A stretch of DNA of 64,000 nucleotides. Origin: a virus. This document shows, one piece after another, positions 19,426-28,851 of this stretch. Position 1 is the stretch's first letter. Every line of letters starts with the position of its first letter. The stretch spans positions 5,882 through 69,881 of IMG/VR virus record IMGVR_UViG_3300006921_000011. The stretch is one strand, 5' to 3'. Below the pieces are notes generated by a model. The model worked only from the letters and a program-made list of their open reading frames with translations. It was not told the DNA's origin and made no database searches. Position numbers and translations under genes: made by a program.

Positions 19426-19866
19426 TTAAACCAACTTAGTTTTCTTAACCTCAAATTTAATTTCTGGGTATTCCTCCATTACTTCTTTTACTGAATTAAT
19501 GTGTTTATCCTTATCCTCCCAATACGTTATACTCTTACAATTCGGATACCTTTTTAATATTTTCTTTACTCTCTTACCTTTATTTCGGTCTTCATCCTCT
19601 ATGAGGTAATAATCTTCGAAATCATAGTCAAGTTTGTGTAGTAAATTTTTTAAGGGTTCTTTAACCTCAGATATTCTATTAGACAAGATGAGAAATAATC
19701 CATCTGGGTCATACTTGGATATCTCTTCATAATCATTTTTTGTTTCTTTTATTTCCGTAAACTTAAGGTTAGGACTCAAACTCTCTTCTTGGTCTAAGTA
19801 CTGGATTGTTTCTTCGTAGGGTAAATTGACAATGGTGTTGTCAAAATCGAATAGGTATATGTTCAT
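19426..19866 (-). CDS. Small HAD-family phosphatase (RNA-repair HAD-like)
   Basis: FDFDNT, LSNR, NKG, WEDK motifs. Confidence 0.7.
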   Translation of the reverse strand: MNIYLFDFDNTIVNLPYEETIQYLDQEESLSPNLKFTEIKETKNDYEEISKYDPDGLFLILSNRISEVKEPLKNLLHKLDYDFEDYYLIEDEDRNKGKRVKKILKRYPNCKSITYWEDKDKHINSVKEVMEEYPEIKFEVKKTKLV

Positions 19867-19888
19867 ATAGTGTGTTTTATTGTTAGTA

Positions 19889-19919
19889 CAAAGATACGAA
19901 AAAAACTATAAATGACAAA
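19889..19919 (-). promoter_or_regulatory. Bacteroidetes-type housekeeping promoter
   Basis: TTTG-19 nt-TATCTTTG on the minus strand (consensus TTTG-N19-21-TAnnTTTG). Confidence 0.8.
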
Positions 19920-19939
19920 TAAAAAACAAAGGGAATATA

Positions 19940-19971
19940 TTTGGTAGTTATGAAACTTTTTATTATCTTTG
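19940..19971 (+). promoter_or_regulatory. Bacteroidetes-type housekeeping promoter
   Basis: TTTG-20 nt-TATCTTTG. Confidence 0.8.
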
Positions 19972-20014
19972 TAGTATAATATAATAGAAAATAATACTTA
20001 TAAAATAAAAAACT

Positions 20015-20248
20015 ATGACTTACCTACTAATTTACCTACTAATATCAACAGTCGTGATGGCTGGATTTGTTCTTTTAAATGAAAAACAACTACAAGAAAA
20101 TTATCTTAAGATTGAAGAAGAGCGTAACGGTACTCCAACTAACGGGTGGTATAATTTCTATATCTTAACCCACTTTCTAAAAGCTCCCTTATTATTTCCT
20201 TTAGTATTGGTGTTGATACTACGTAATGGTGGTAAGATTATAAAATAA
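20015..20248 (+). CDS. Small two-transmembrane-helix protein
   Basis: Hydrophobic stretches YLLIYLLISTVVMAGFVLL and APLLFPLVLVLIL; has its own promoter and terminator. Confidence 0.7.
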   Translation: MTYLLIYLLISTVVMAGFVLLNEKQLQENYLKIEEERNGTPTNGWYNFYILTHFLKAPLLFPLVLVLILRNGGKIIK

Positions 20249-20276
20249 AAAAAGGTCCTATAAGGACCTTTTTTTT
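20247..20276. terminator. Bidirectional Rho-independent terminator
   Basis: A7-GGTCCT-ATA-AGGACC-T8 between convergent genes. Confidence 0.85.
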
Positions 20277-20293
20277 AAATTATAAAGTTATTT

Positions 20294-21577
20294 TTATTCT
20301 AATTCTAAATCTTCTTCATTCATATCAATCTCATCATCTATATCTTCCAGAGCTTCATCTTCTTCTACTTCTGGGTAAGGAAGTGGTTTCGACACGGAGT
20401 CATAACTTCTAGGACCTCTTTGGTCTCTTCCCGAACCTACTAACTCTGCTGTATAAGTCATAAAATTATCTAATTTAGTCAAAGTATTCATTATTTGATG
20501 TCTAGTTTTTTCATCCTTAATAAAATTCCAAGCTTTCTTTAGGTTAGCTACTATATTCTCTATTCCAGATGCTGCAGATGAACCAGGATTACGACCTTGC
20601 CATTCTGATTGTTCATTTAACATATAATCAGTTCTTTTTAACCCTCTGATTCTTTCTCTAATAATTGAACTTTTTATTGCATCAAATGTTTCCATAATCA
20701 TTAAGTCTATTTGTTCTAATTGACTCTTTTGATATAAATTGTCTACAGACTCAAAATGAGTACCGTATTCTCCTCTATATTCATGGTCTTCATCGTAGGC
20801 CATATCTTTTGCAAGGTTATGTCTATGACTTCTACTCATATGGTCATGTTTTAATCTGTACTCATCACGTCCTTCGTCTTCACCATAATTATAAGTTTCT
20901 TCACCTTCACTATCTTCTTTCATATCCTGTTTAATGGCTTTGTCTCTCGCAGCTTTCCAATCGTCCGAATCAATGTCCCCATCACCATCATGGTCCTTCT
21001 TCTTCCCTTCTTCTAATTTACCTTCTTTTTTATTGTGAGCTTTGATGGCAGCGGCAACTTCTTCTTTGGACATCTTTTCGTCTTCTTGTAATCTTTGGTC
21101 TTTAATATTTGAATACACTCCGATAACTTTTCCTGGTCTTCCGTCGTATGTGTCACGTTTTTCTACCTTATCAGGTGCTCCCATATACTCTTCTTCACCT
21201 AACTCATAATCTCTTAACTTATCCATGTTTAAATAAGCTCCGATTTCATCTTCATCAAAACCTTCTTCACTTTGGTCTTCAACATAGCCAGGGTTAAATT
21301 TACCTTTTTCATAGCTAGGTCTTCCACCATGTCTATAATCATCAAAAATCTCTTCTTCGTTGGTAACTGTCATATCAGTATAGAAATCTTCTGAATCTCC
21401 GACTGCTGCGTCTACTGGAGGTGTTAACTGTTCGTTATATTGTTTTTCCATTAAACGAGTTAGTTGTTCCTCACTAACCATTATTTCCTGAGGTGTAGAC
21501 CCATAAGTTTCATGAATCTTCTTGGTTTTACCCAACCCTTCTAATATATTAGATTTTTTTAAATTAATTTTCTTCAT
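20294..21577 (-). CDS. Acidic low-complexity protein, probable internal head / scaffold-like protein
   Basis: Very D/E-rich; many [ILM]-x-E sites; DHDGDGDIDSDD loop; 2 nt downstream of sheath gene. Confidence 0.5.
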   Translation of the reverse strand: MKKINLKKSNILEGLGKTKKIHETYGSTPQEIMVSEEQLTRLMEKQYNEQLTPPVDAAVGDSEDFYTDMTVTNEEEIFDDYRHGGRPSYEKGKFNPGYVEDQSEEGFDEDEIGAYLNMDKLRDYELGEEEYMGAPDKVEKRDTYDGRPGKVIGVYSNIKDQRLQEDEKMSKEEVAAAIKAHNKKEGKLEEGKKKDHDGDGDIDSDDWKAARDKAIKQDMKEDSEGEETYNYGEDEGRDEYRLKHDHMSRSHRHNLAKDMAYDEDHEYRGEYGTHFESVDNLYQKSQLEQIDLMIMETFDAIKSSIIRERIRGLKRTDYMLNEQSEWQGRNPGSSAASGIENIVANLKKAWNFIKDEKTRHQIMNTLTKLDNFMTYTAELVGSGRDQRGPRSYDSVSKPLPYPEVEEDEALEDIDDEIDMNEEDLELE

Positions 21578-21579
21578 TT

Positions 21580-24500
21580 TTATACGTTCTCAAAAGATGC
21601 TCCTGTTGGAGTTATTAGGAATTCAACACTAATGAATTCAAGTGACCTAGTTGGTTTGATGTAAATCTTACCTTCTAAAGTATTTTGGTCTATTAACTGT
21701 GGGTCGTCAGATAGTACAACTCTAAAGTCAGTTAATCCTCTTTCTCTTCTAATTGAATCTAGAATTGGATTTACTAAGTCTAAGAACTCATTTCTAACTT
21801 GTTCGTCATTTTGTTCGAATAACAATCTAACCGCAACAGCCGATATAAGTTTTCTAGCTTGTAATAACAATCTTCTCACATTTATTCTATCTAACGCAGA
21901 TTCTGCTACTTGTAAAGTTTTGTTACCCCAAATTACCGTACCCACATCTGAATAAGTTGCGATTGGGTTAATTCTTCCTTGGTAAAGTGTGTCTCTCTCA
22001 TCTAAAGTAAGTTTCTTTCTCGCTTTAACCGCATTTACAATACCACGAGTATAACCTGCCGATGCGAACCATGGGAATGATATATTATCAGTCAACGCGA
22101 TGTTTCTCATTACTTCATACGTTGGTGGTATATATATTCTTACATTATTCTCTGTGTCATTATTAAGAACCCATGGATAGTAAGTAGCCGTATAGTTGGA
22201 ATCTATTCCTGTATTTTCTAAAGCTTGAACCGCATTTAGTGGTGAAACTATACTTGTTGCGTCACTTGGTGTTGCTACAAACATGTTATAGTCTGGTGTC
22301 GTAGTCACATAAAGTGAGTCAGCTCTATCATCTTCAATCATCTCTATAGATTCTTCTACTAGATTACTATTGTTTACATAGTCAATACCAGGAGTAGCGA
22401 AAACGTTAATGTTAACCGCTTCTGGATTTGCAAATGTTTGGATAGCATCTAAGTATGGGTAATAATCTGTACTTGCATCTAACGTACCGATTGGTTTAAA
22501 TGAACCGTCTCCTGTAGCGTTAGGATATTCTGTAGTTGGACAAGCTCCTGCTAAATAACCACTTTGACCTCTTCTGTACGCATCTGAGTTACTTCTAGTT
22601 TTTCTATAAATGTCCCAACCATCAAATCCACCATATGGTAATATTGTGAACTTTCTAGAGTTTAATCTGTAGTAAGGGTCAGTAACTAAAGTAGGTTCTT
22701 TTCTAAATGTAGCGTCACCCACAACAAATTGGTCAGTTAAACCTGATGTTCCACCTGCTGGACATCCACAATTGATAGTTGCACATAACTCACCTTGTGT
22801 GTAAAGACATGTCGCGTCCATATCCATGTGGAATCCTTGTGTTAAACAAGGCCAATCATTACCTGTTGGGTCTGCACATTTATCTGTTGGTGCTTGTTTT
22901 CCTTTATATGTAAAGAAATCTGGGTCAATTCCAATAGTATCAGATATACCTAAATAAACCTGTCTTGGTTTATCACCCGCACTTATCACTTCGTTACTAC
23001 CTCCTGACGATGTTCCGAAAGGTGGGTTATAAATTACCTCTCCTGGATAATCATATTTTCTTTTGTAAAGAACTGTTGGGTTCTTTCTATTTGCATATTT
23101 TCTAAATTGGTAACCTTCGAATCCACAAGGTAATGCTGTCCATAAAGTGTCATCCACTTCAATATCTGGATTCATTTCTAACATTGCGTATCTACTCATT
23201 AATTCGTAAGTTCCATCTGATGTACCTATCTTTTTACCAATGTAACTGTTTAGAGTTGGGTTTAAACTACATCTACTGTATTTTTCCAATACAATAGGGT
23301 TAGAGTCTGTATCGTTAAAGTCTCTAATTACAAAATCAAATTCTTTTCTTTCAAAACTAATATTAATTATTGAGAACTTAACCGCTCGGTTTGCAGCGTC
23401 TCCATCAGGGATTGTTATAAATCTAAATAATTGGTATACTTTGAAACCTCTTAATTCCGATACAATCCAAGGAGTTACTGGAGTTTGCCATTTTTCTTGG
23501 TAGAATGCTATAGTGTCTGTATTTGCTGCCTCTCTAAATGATGGTAACGCTTGTAACGTACATCTTAATCCTCTTACATAACCTTTTTTCCAGAAATGAG
23601 TTAACATTTTAGGATAGGCCTCCTCAACAAAAATAGGTACCTGAGTTGTGTCTCTATCAAAATTACCTACACCGTAAACTCTTTTTATGTAGTTAGTAGA
23701 ACTTTCATTCATAGAAACATCAAACATTCTACTTACACCTGTTTTATCTATTACTCTCATTCCGAAATCCGAGAATGGGTCATTTAATACTTCACTCCAT
23801 GTCGACCCTGTACATACAAAAGCCACATCAGTAGAACCTGTTACTTCATACTCAGGACCACCTGAAGATAATGTACTTAATCCTCTTGAACGGAAAGTTG
23901 CTACTACTTGGTCATGGTATTCACAATATGTGTCTGCACTTAATGGACACATTGTGACTGTTGTTACCGCACTATATTGTGATTGTTGTATACTAGTTCC
24001 TGTAGTTGATATATCCATCGCGGAAGTTACCACTCCAGTTCCACCACTTTTTTGACCTAATGTAACTAAAACAGAATAACCGTCATATTGTTTTGTTACA
24101 GAATTATAATTAAAGAAATTATAAGTCCAACTATCATTTTTATCATTACATCTATTTGAACAGTGACTACTTAATCTATCTGACACACCCCATCCATTTG
24201 TTCCTGTTACTGAAGAATAAGGTATTGGTGCTGCTTGTGATGGGTAGTTAATAGAACTAGCTGAACAACTACCAGAATACTCACCAAAGTTGTGACATCC
24301 ATAAGACCATCCTAACCCTGTTCCAGAAACTGCTACATCTGCTGGTGAACCATCTAAGGTTGCTGGGTGTTGTCCATTTAATTTTCCAGATGCGTAAGTA
24401 TAAAAGGATGTTAAATCCGCTCTTAATGTTGTAGTACTTCCATTATACAATTCTATTGTGTTATCCATCATATTACCTAAGAAAGTTGAACCAGCGATAA

Positions 24501-25023
24501 TACTATCTATTACTGAACCACCTGCCGCATTTTTAACTGTATTAGTAGAAGCTGTAAATACGGTAGTAAATGAAGTTTGTTGAGTACAAGCTTCCGTAAG
24601 ACCGGTTACACCATCACAACAGTTTCCACCGTGTGCGCTTGTCTCACAAATGTGTTTTAATGTGGAACAATCTATATCACCTAAAGTTACAACTGACCAT
24701 GAAGGTCCAGCGTCATAACCAGAGTAACCTAATACTCTTGTTACAAATAATTGATTTGATTGTTGTAAATAAGCTTTTGCGATATACCCTAATTCGTATT
24801 TAGGTATTTGTGAACCTGTGTACTTTTCTGCACTTACTCCACCGAAATACGTGGTAAAATCACCGTATGAACTTATAAAAATCGGCTCAAAAGCCGGTCC
24901 TCTTAATGTTTCACCTGCGAGACCTAATGTTGTAACCCCAACACTCTGGGATACGAAACTAAGGTCTTTCTCTGAAGTATACACTCCAGGGGAAACAAAA
25001 ACTCTGTTAGAATTGTTAGCCAT
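21580..25023 (-). CDS. Tail sheath protein (gp18-like) with Cys/Thr-rich insertions
   Basis: FVSPGVYTSEKD N-terminus; YYPWV, PWFASAGYTRG, LYQGRINPI, WGNKTLQ, RINVRRLL, LFEQND, IKPTRSLEFI C-terminus. Confidence 0.95.
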   Translation of the reverse strand: MANNSNRVFVSPGVYTSEKDLSFVSQSVGVTTLGLAGETLRGPAFEPIFISSYGDFTTYFGGVSAEKYTGSQIPKYELGYIAKAYLQQSNQLFVTRVLGYSGYDAGPSWSVVTLGDIDCSTLKHICETSAHGGNCCDGVTGLTEACTQQTSFTTVFTASTNTVKNAAGGSVIDSIIAGSTFLGNMMDNTIELYNGSTTTLRADLTSFYTYASGKLNGQHPATLDGSPADVAVSGTGLGWSYGCHNFGEYSGSCSASSINYPSQAAPIPYSSVTGTNGWGVSDRLSSHCSNRCNDKNDSWTYNFFNYNSVTKQYDGYSVLVTLGQKSGGTGVVTSAMDISTTGTSIQQSQYSAVTTVTMCPLSADTYCEYHDQVVATFRSRGLSTLSSGGPEYEVTGSTDVAFVCTGSTWSEVLNDPFSDFGMRVIDKTGVSRMFDVSMNESSTNYIKRVYGVGNFDRDTTQVPIFVEEAYPKMLTHFWKKGYVRGLRCTLQALPSFREAANTDTIAFYQEKWQTPVTPWIVSELRGFKVYQLFRFITIPDGDAANRAVKFSIINISFERKEFDFVIRDFNDTDSNPIVLEKYSRCSLNPTLNSYIGKKIGTSDGTYELMSRYAMLEMNPDIEVDDTLWTALPCGFEGYQFRKYANRKNPTVLYKRKYDYPGEVIYNPPFGTSSGGSNEVISAGDKPRQVYLGISDTIGIDPDFFTYKGKQAPTDKCADPTGNDWPCLTQGFHMDMDATCLYTQGELCATINCGCPAGGTSGLTDQFVVGDATFRKEPTLVTDPYYRLNSRKFTILPYGGFDGWDIYRKTRSNSDAYRRGQSGYLAGACPTTEYPNATGDGSFKPIGTLDASTDYYPYLDAIQTFANPEAVNINVFATPGIDYVNNSNLVEESIEMIEDDRADSLYVTTTPDYNMFVATPSDATSIVSPLNAVQALENTGIDSNYTATYYPWVLNNDTENNVRIYIPPTYEVMRNIALTDNISFPWFASAGYTRGIVNAVKARKKLTLDERDTLYQGRINPIATYSDVGTVIWGNKTLQVAESALDRINVRRLLLQARKLISAVAVRLLFEQNDEQVRNEFLDLVNPILDSIRRERGLTDFRVVLSDDPQLIDQNTLEGKIYIKPTRSLEFISVEFLITPTGASFENV

Positions 25024-25064
25024 CTGTTATTATTTTAATTGTTGTTTATTCGTTTTATTTCTTA

Positions 25065-25071
25065 ATAAATA
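25065..25071 (-). promoter_or_regulatory. Putative late promoter motif TATTTAT (sheath gene)
   Basis: Recurrent motif upstream of structural genes. Confidence 0.5.
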
Positions 25072-25157
25072 TGAATCTCTTAACGAAAAGAATTACATAA
25101 AACTAGGTATTTATGATTAAGTATGAATAAAGTATGACTATTTTCTACCTTACGACC

Positions 25158-25319
25158 ATGAATGACAAGAAACCCATAAAAAACCTTAAAATTAAACCTG
25201 AGATACATAAGGTCCTAAAAGACTATTGTAACGATAAGGGTTTGAAAATGTTTAAGTTTGTAGAAAAACTAATATTAGAGAAATGTAGCCCTAAAAAAGA
25301 CATATATGGGGACTTATAA
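25158..25319 (+). CDS. Small ribbon-helix-helix-like DNA-binding protein
   Basis: KNLKIKPEIHKVLKDYC...GLKMFKFVEKLI strand-helix-helix pattern; alternative start at 25134. Confidence 0.6.
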   Translation: MNDKKPIKNLKIKPEIHKVLKDYCNDKGLKMFKFVEKLILEKCSPKKDIYGDL

Positions 25320-26483
25320 TATCTTACCACAAAACTCAATAGACGCAGGTTGATATGGATTAGTTGGGGTAATAACTAAACTTAAGACGTCCCCACTACT
25401 AATCTCTATTATTTGGTTGTAGTCTATTCCCAAGAATGTCGCGTTCTGATAAACTGTATATGTGTCTATATTATCCTGAGTTGCTATCTGTAAATTAATA
25501 TTATAATCATAAGTTTTAGTAATCGAATGTGATGTGGTAATTGTATATCCACTACTAGACACTCCGGTTTGTCCGTTTGTACAAGTACTACCAGTTTGTC
25601 CATCATAGGTACACCCACTATAAAAGTCCCAAGACTCACACACCTTATCAGGATTTTCATCATTTATACTATGTGGTTTCTTTTTCTTAGTTTTTGTTCC
25701 CGTTTCAAAGAGTAATAAAGACCTAGAGATAGCTGGTGTCACCTCAAACTCTTCTTCGTCTATTAGAAATCCTTGCATTTGGAATGTATAATTCTGCATA
25801 TAGTATTTCCTACTTTCTAAATCTGATATTTGACTTTCATCACTAATAGTTTCTAATATGATTGGAATGTAGTGTCCTTTAACGAAAGTATAAGCTTGTC
25901 TCGAACTAAATTTTTGTAGTACTACTCTATTAAATTGATTTAATTCTCTCATTCTATTACATATTAACCTCACCTCATAGGTTATATCTACTGGAACTGG
26001 TTGTGGTATCTTATAAAGGTCCATTCCTTTTCTTTGTCCATCCCACGTAGGTACCTTTGCATAGTGAAAAGTTTTTCTATTAGGTATTGTATATTGTAGG
26101 GACGGGTTTGTACCAAACTGTACATCTGGTCTTCTAACTACACAAACAAAAGGTAGGGTCACATTTTCGTCACCATCTACAAATTCCCATGTATTAGTAA
26201 ATTCTCCCCATCTTTGTGTTGTTAAAATTTGTTTAATTACTGGTACTTCTTTTCCTTGTAATGTTATAGGAATTTCTGATGTAACAAAATCTAACATCCC
26301 CAAATCTAGGTCTGCATGTAAAACACTTTTAGGTAAATAAGTGCCATCCTTAGTTATAAACTCCGCTAATTGTTTTCTTCTTTCAGGTGTGGTATAACCA
26401 TTATAACCATATGGGTAGTTTTCCTGATTTCTTACTACCGGATAGATATCTAATGATTTTTTTACTTTTTTAGGTATTGCCAT
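25314..26483 (-). CDS. Tail completion / sheath terminator-like protein (gp15-like) with extra C-terminal domain
   Basis: PQPVPVDITYEVRL...MRELNQF, YTFQMQGFLIDE; downstream of gp14-like gene. Confidence 0.65.
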   Translation of the reverse strand: MAIPKKVKKSLDIYPVVRNQENYPYGYNGYTTPERRKQLAEFITKDGTYLPKSVLHADLDLGMLDFVTSEIPITLQGKEVPVIKQILTTQRWGEFTNTWEFVDGDENVTLPFVCVVRRPDVQFGTNPSLQYTIPNRKTFHYAKVPTWDGQRKGMDLYKIPQPVPVDITYEVRLICNRMRELNQFNRVVLQKFSSRQAYTFVKGHYIPIILETISDESQISDLESRKYYMQNYTFQMQGFLIDEEEFEVTPAISRSLLLFETGTKTKKKKPHSINDENPDKVCESWDFYSGCTYDGQTGSTCTNGQTGVSSSGYTITTSHSITKTYDYNINLQIATQDNIDTYTVYQNATFLGIDYNQIIEISSGDVLSLVITPTNPYQPASIEFCGKIL

Positions 26484-26485
26484 GA

Positions 26486-27001
26486 TTATATTCCTTTAAA
26501 TTCGTCAGGTTGTGTTGGTACACAAACTAAAGTTCTGTAAAAAGATTTATACCCCAATATGGTGTGTGTATTATCTGAAGTCACTTTACCGTCATTTGCG
26601 ACAGTATAATAATTTACTTTATCTTCAGATTCTGCATAACCAATATAGTCTCCATACCTTACGTCTATATCTAATTCTTCTAAATGTCTTTTATAAACAC
26701 TAACTCTAAGATTTCCAGGTTCATTATATCTTGCAAGTCCACTCGCATAAGATGAATTAGTTGGTTCAGCAATCTGTACATAAGCTTTAAATTCAACCGG
26801 TGGAAAGAATCTTATTTCTTCTGATGAAGCTTCACCGTATACGTCATCAACATTTGTCTTACTTCTATCCACACTATATAATACTAATGTAAAATTTAAC
26901 CAACCATGCAACCACTCCATCCCCATTCTTTCTTGGAGACGAAAATCTTCAGAACCGAAAAATTTATTTACCCTAGTTATTGGTATTTTTTTATCACTCA
27001 T
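26486..27001 (-). CDS. Neck / head-closure protein (gp14-like)
   Basis: DDVYGEA, HLEELDIDVRYGDYI, YYTV pattern; neck-gene context. Confidence 0.65.
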   Translation of the reverse strand: MSDKKIPITRVNKFFGSEDFRLQERMGMEWLHGWLNFTLVLYSVDRSKTNVDDVYGEASSEEIRFFPPVEFKAYVQIAEPTNSSYASGLARYNEPGNLRVSVYKRHLEELDIDVRYGDYIGYAESEDKVNYYTVANDGKVTSDNTHTILGYKSFYRTLVCVPTQPDEFKGI

Positions 27002-27065
27002 GACCTCTTTTTATTTATAAATATCATATAATCCCTTATATTTATGATGTAAAAATTTATATATT

Positions 27066-28808
27066 TTGGAAGTTAAGATACCTGAAAGAGAAGCATCAGC
27101 CATCCTAGAGTCATATTCTGGGGCAAATAACTACATCTTAGGAATAAAGGAGAGATGTAAAAGCAAATACTATAAACTTAGTAGAAAACAAGCAGAGTAC
27201 ATTATTGATTACCAACATACGGTACCTAAAATTGCAAGAAAATGGGTTAAAGTAGATAAGTACTATGGTATACAGTTACAGGAAAAAAAATTATTGACTA
27301 CTGTCCCCGAACAAATATGGGTGGAAAAGATATTAATAGAAAAAGACAAATCATACCAAATCTGGGGAAAAGTACTACAGAACGAGGAACTGTATAGCTT
27401 TTGGGTTCCAAAGTCTCAAATTGTACCGAATAACCCAACCAAAAAAATCGAAGAGGTAGATTATTCAGAATTTAACCATAGACCACCACTACCACATCAA
27501 AAACCTGCGATAGAAAAACTAATTAATAATGAAAAGTATATTTTAGCGGATGATATGGGATTAGGAAAGACAACCTCAGCGGTTATCGCATCTAGGATTC
27601 AGAAATGTAAAAAAACACTAATAATCTGTCCTGCATCTCTTAAATTAAATTGGAAGAGAGAAGTGGAGAATTATTTTAAGGGCACTATTAGTATTATAGA
27701 AGGTAAAAAGTGGGTCGATGGTGATTATGTAATAATAAATTATGACATATTAAAAAACTTTCACTCTTTAGATGATAAACAAAATAGACAGATATTAGAA
27801 AATAATTTCGATTTAATTATCATCGATGAAGCCCACTATATCTCCAACTCCAAAGCTCAACGTACAAAAATAGTAAATCAAATAACTAATAAGATAAAAA
27901 ATGTTTGGTTACTATCAGGTACTCCTATGACCTCCCGTCCTATTAATTATTATAATTTATTAAAAATTGTGGAAAGTAGAGCGACCAGTAATTGGGTGGG
28001 ATATGTTTTAAGATACTGTGCAGGTAGACAGTTTAGAGGTCCGGGAGGTAGAAAAATTTGGGATGTAAATGGTGCGTCTAACTTGGATGAACTTAGAGAA
28101 AGAACTCAAAATAAGGTTTTGAGGAGATTAAAGGAAGAAGTCATAGACCTTCCGGATAAAATCATCACTCCAATATATCAAGAACTAAAATCAAAAGAGT
28201 ATGAAAAAGAAGTGGGTGAATATGTTGATTGGTCAGGTGACCACCAAAATCAAGGAATTGCCATTCACTTAGCTAAATTAATGAAAGTTAGACAAATAAT
28301 AGCAAATGATAAGATTGACATAACTTGTGATTTAATCAGTCAAGCTTTAGAACAAGAGAAGAAAGTAATTGTATTTACGAATTTTACAGCTCCTTTAATG
28401 GCAATGCATGAAAAATTTAAAAAAAATTCTGTTGTCCTACACGGAAGTATGAAAAAAGAAGAAAGACAACAAAGTGTCGACGACTTTCAAAATGACCCAG
28501 AAAAAAAAGTATTTATTTCTAATTTAAAAGCGGGTGGTGTTGGTATTACCTTAACAGCCGCAGAAGTAGTCATTATGAATGATTTAAGTTTTGTACCTTC
28601 CGACCACTCACAAGCGGAGGATAGAGCTTTTAGAATTGGACAGAAAAAAAATGTATCTATCCTTTATCCCCTGTATGAAAATACCATAGAACAAATAATT
28701 TATAACATCCTACAAAAGAAAAAAAATATAATAGATACTGTTATGGGTGATAATATGTCGGAGAATGACATATTCCAAGAAATCTTAAGTGAATTGAAGG
28801 CATTATAA
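27066..28808 (+). CDS. SNF2-family (SMARCAL1/HARP-like) helicase/ATPase
   Basis: ILADDMGLGKT, DEAH, LSGTP, GVGITLT, QAEDRAFRIGQ; TTG start. Confidence 0.93.
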   Translation: MEVKIPEREASAILESYSGANNYILGIKERCKSKYYKLSRKQAEYIIDYQHTVPKIARKWVKVDKYYGIQLQEKKLLTTVPEQIWVEKILIEKDKSYQIWGKVLQNEELYSFWVPKSQIVPNNPTKKIEEVDYSEFNHRPPLPHQKPAIEKLINNEKYILADDMGLGKTTSAVIASRIQKCKKTLIICPASLKLNWKREVENYFKGTISIIEGKKWVDGDYVIINYDILKNFHSLDDKQNRQILENNFDLIIIDEAHYISNSKAQRTKIVNQITNKIKNVWLLSGTPMTSRPINYYNLLKIVESRATSNWVGYVLRYCAGRQFRGPGGRKIWDVNGASNLDELRERTQNKVLRRLKEEVIDLPDKIITPIYQELKSKEYEKEVGEYVDWSGDHQNQGIAIHLAKLMKVRQIIANDKIDITCDLISQALEQEKKVIVFTNFTAPLMAMHEKFKKNSVVLHGSMKKEERQQSVDDFQNDPEKKVFISNLKAGGVGITLTAAEVVIMNDLSFVPSDHSQAEDRAFRIGQKKNVSILYPLYENTIEQIIYNILQKKKNIIDTVMGDNMSENDIFQEILSELKAL

Positions 28809-28834
28809 GATATTTATTGTTATAGAAAAATAAC

Positions 28835-28841
28835 TATTTAT
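28835..28841 (+). promoter_or_regulatory. Putative late promoter motif TATTTAT (second copy at 28811-28817)
   Basis: Two copies upstream of the neck gene. Confidence 0.5.
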
Positions 28842-28851
28842 AAATAAAGAT

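Noticed and set aside
5448-25023. Interpretation as a bacterial extracellular contractile injection system or T6SS
   Set aside because: Neck proteins, PolB, late sigma, dUTPase and PhoH indicate a phage genome
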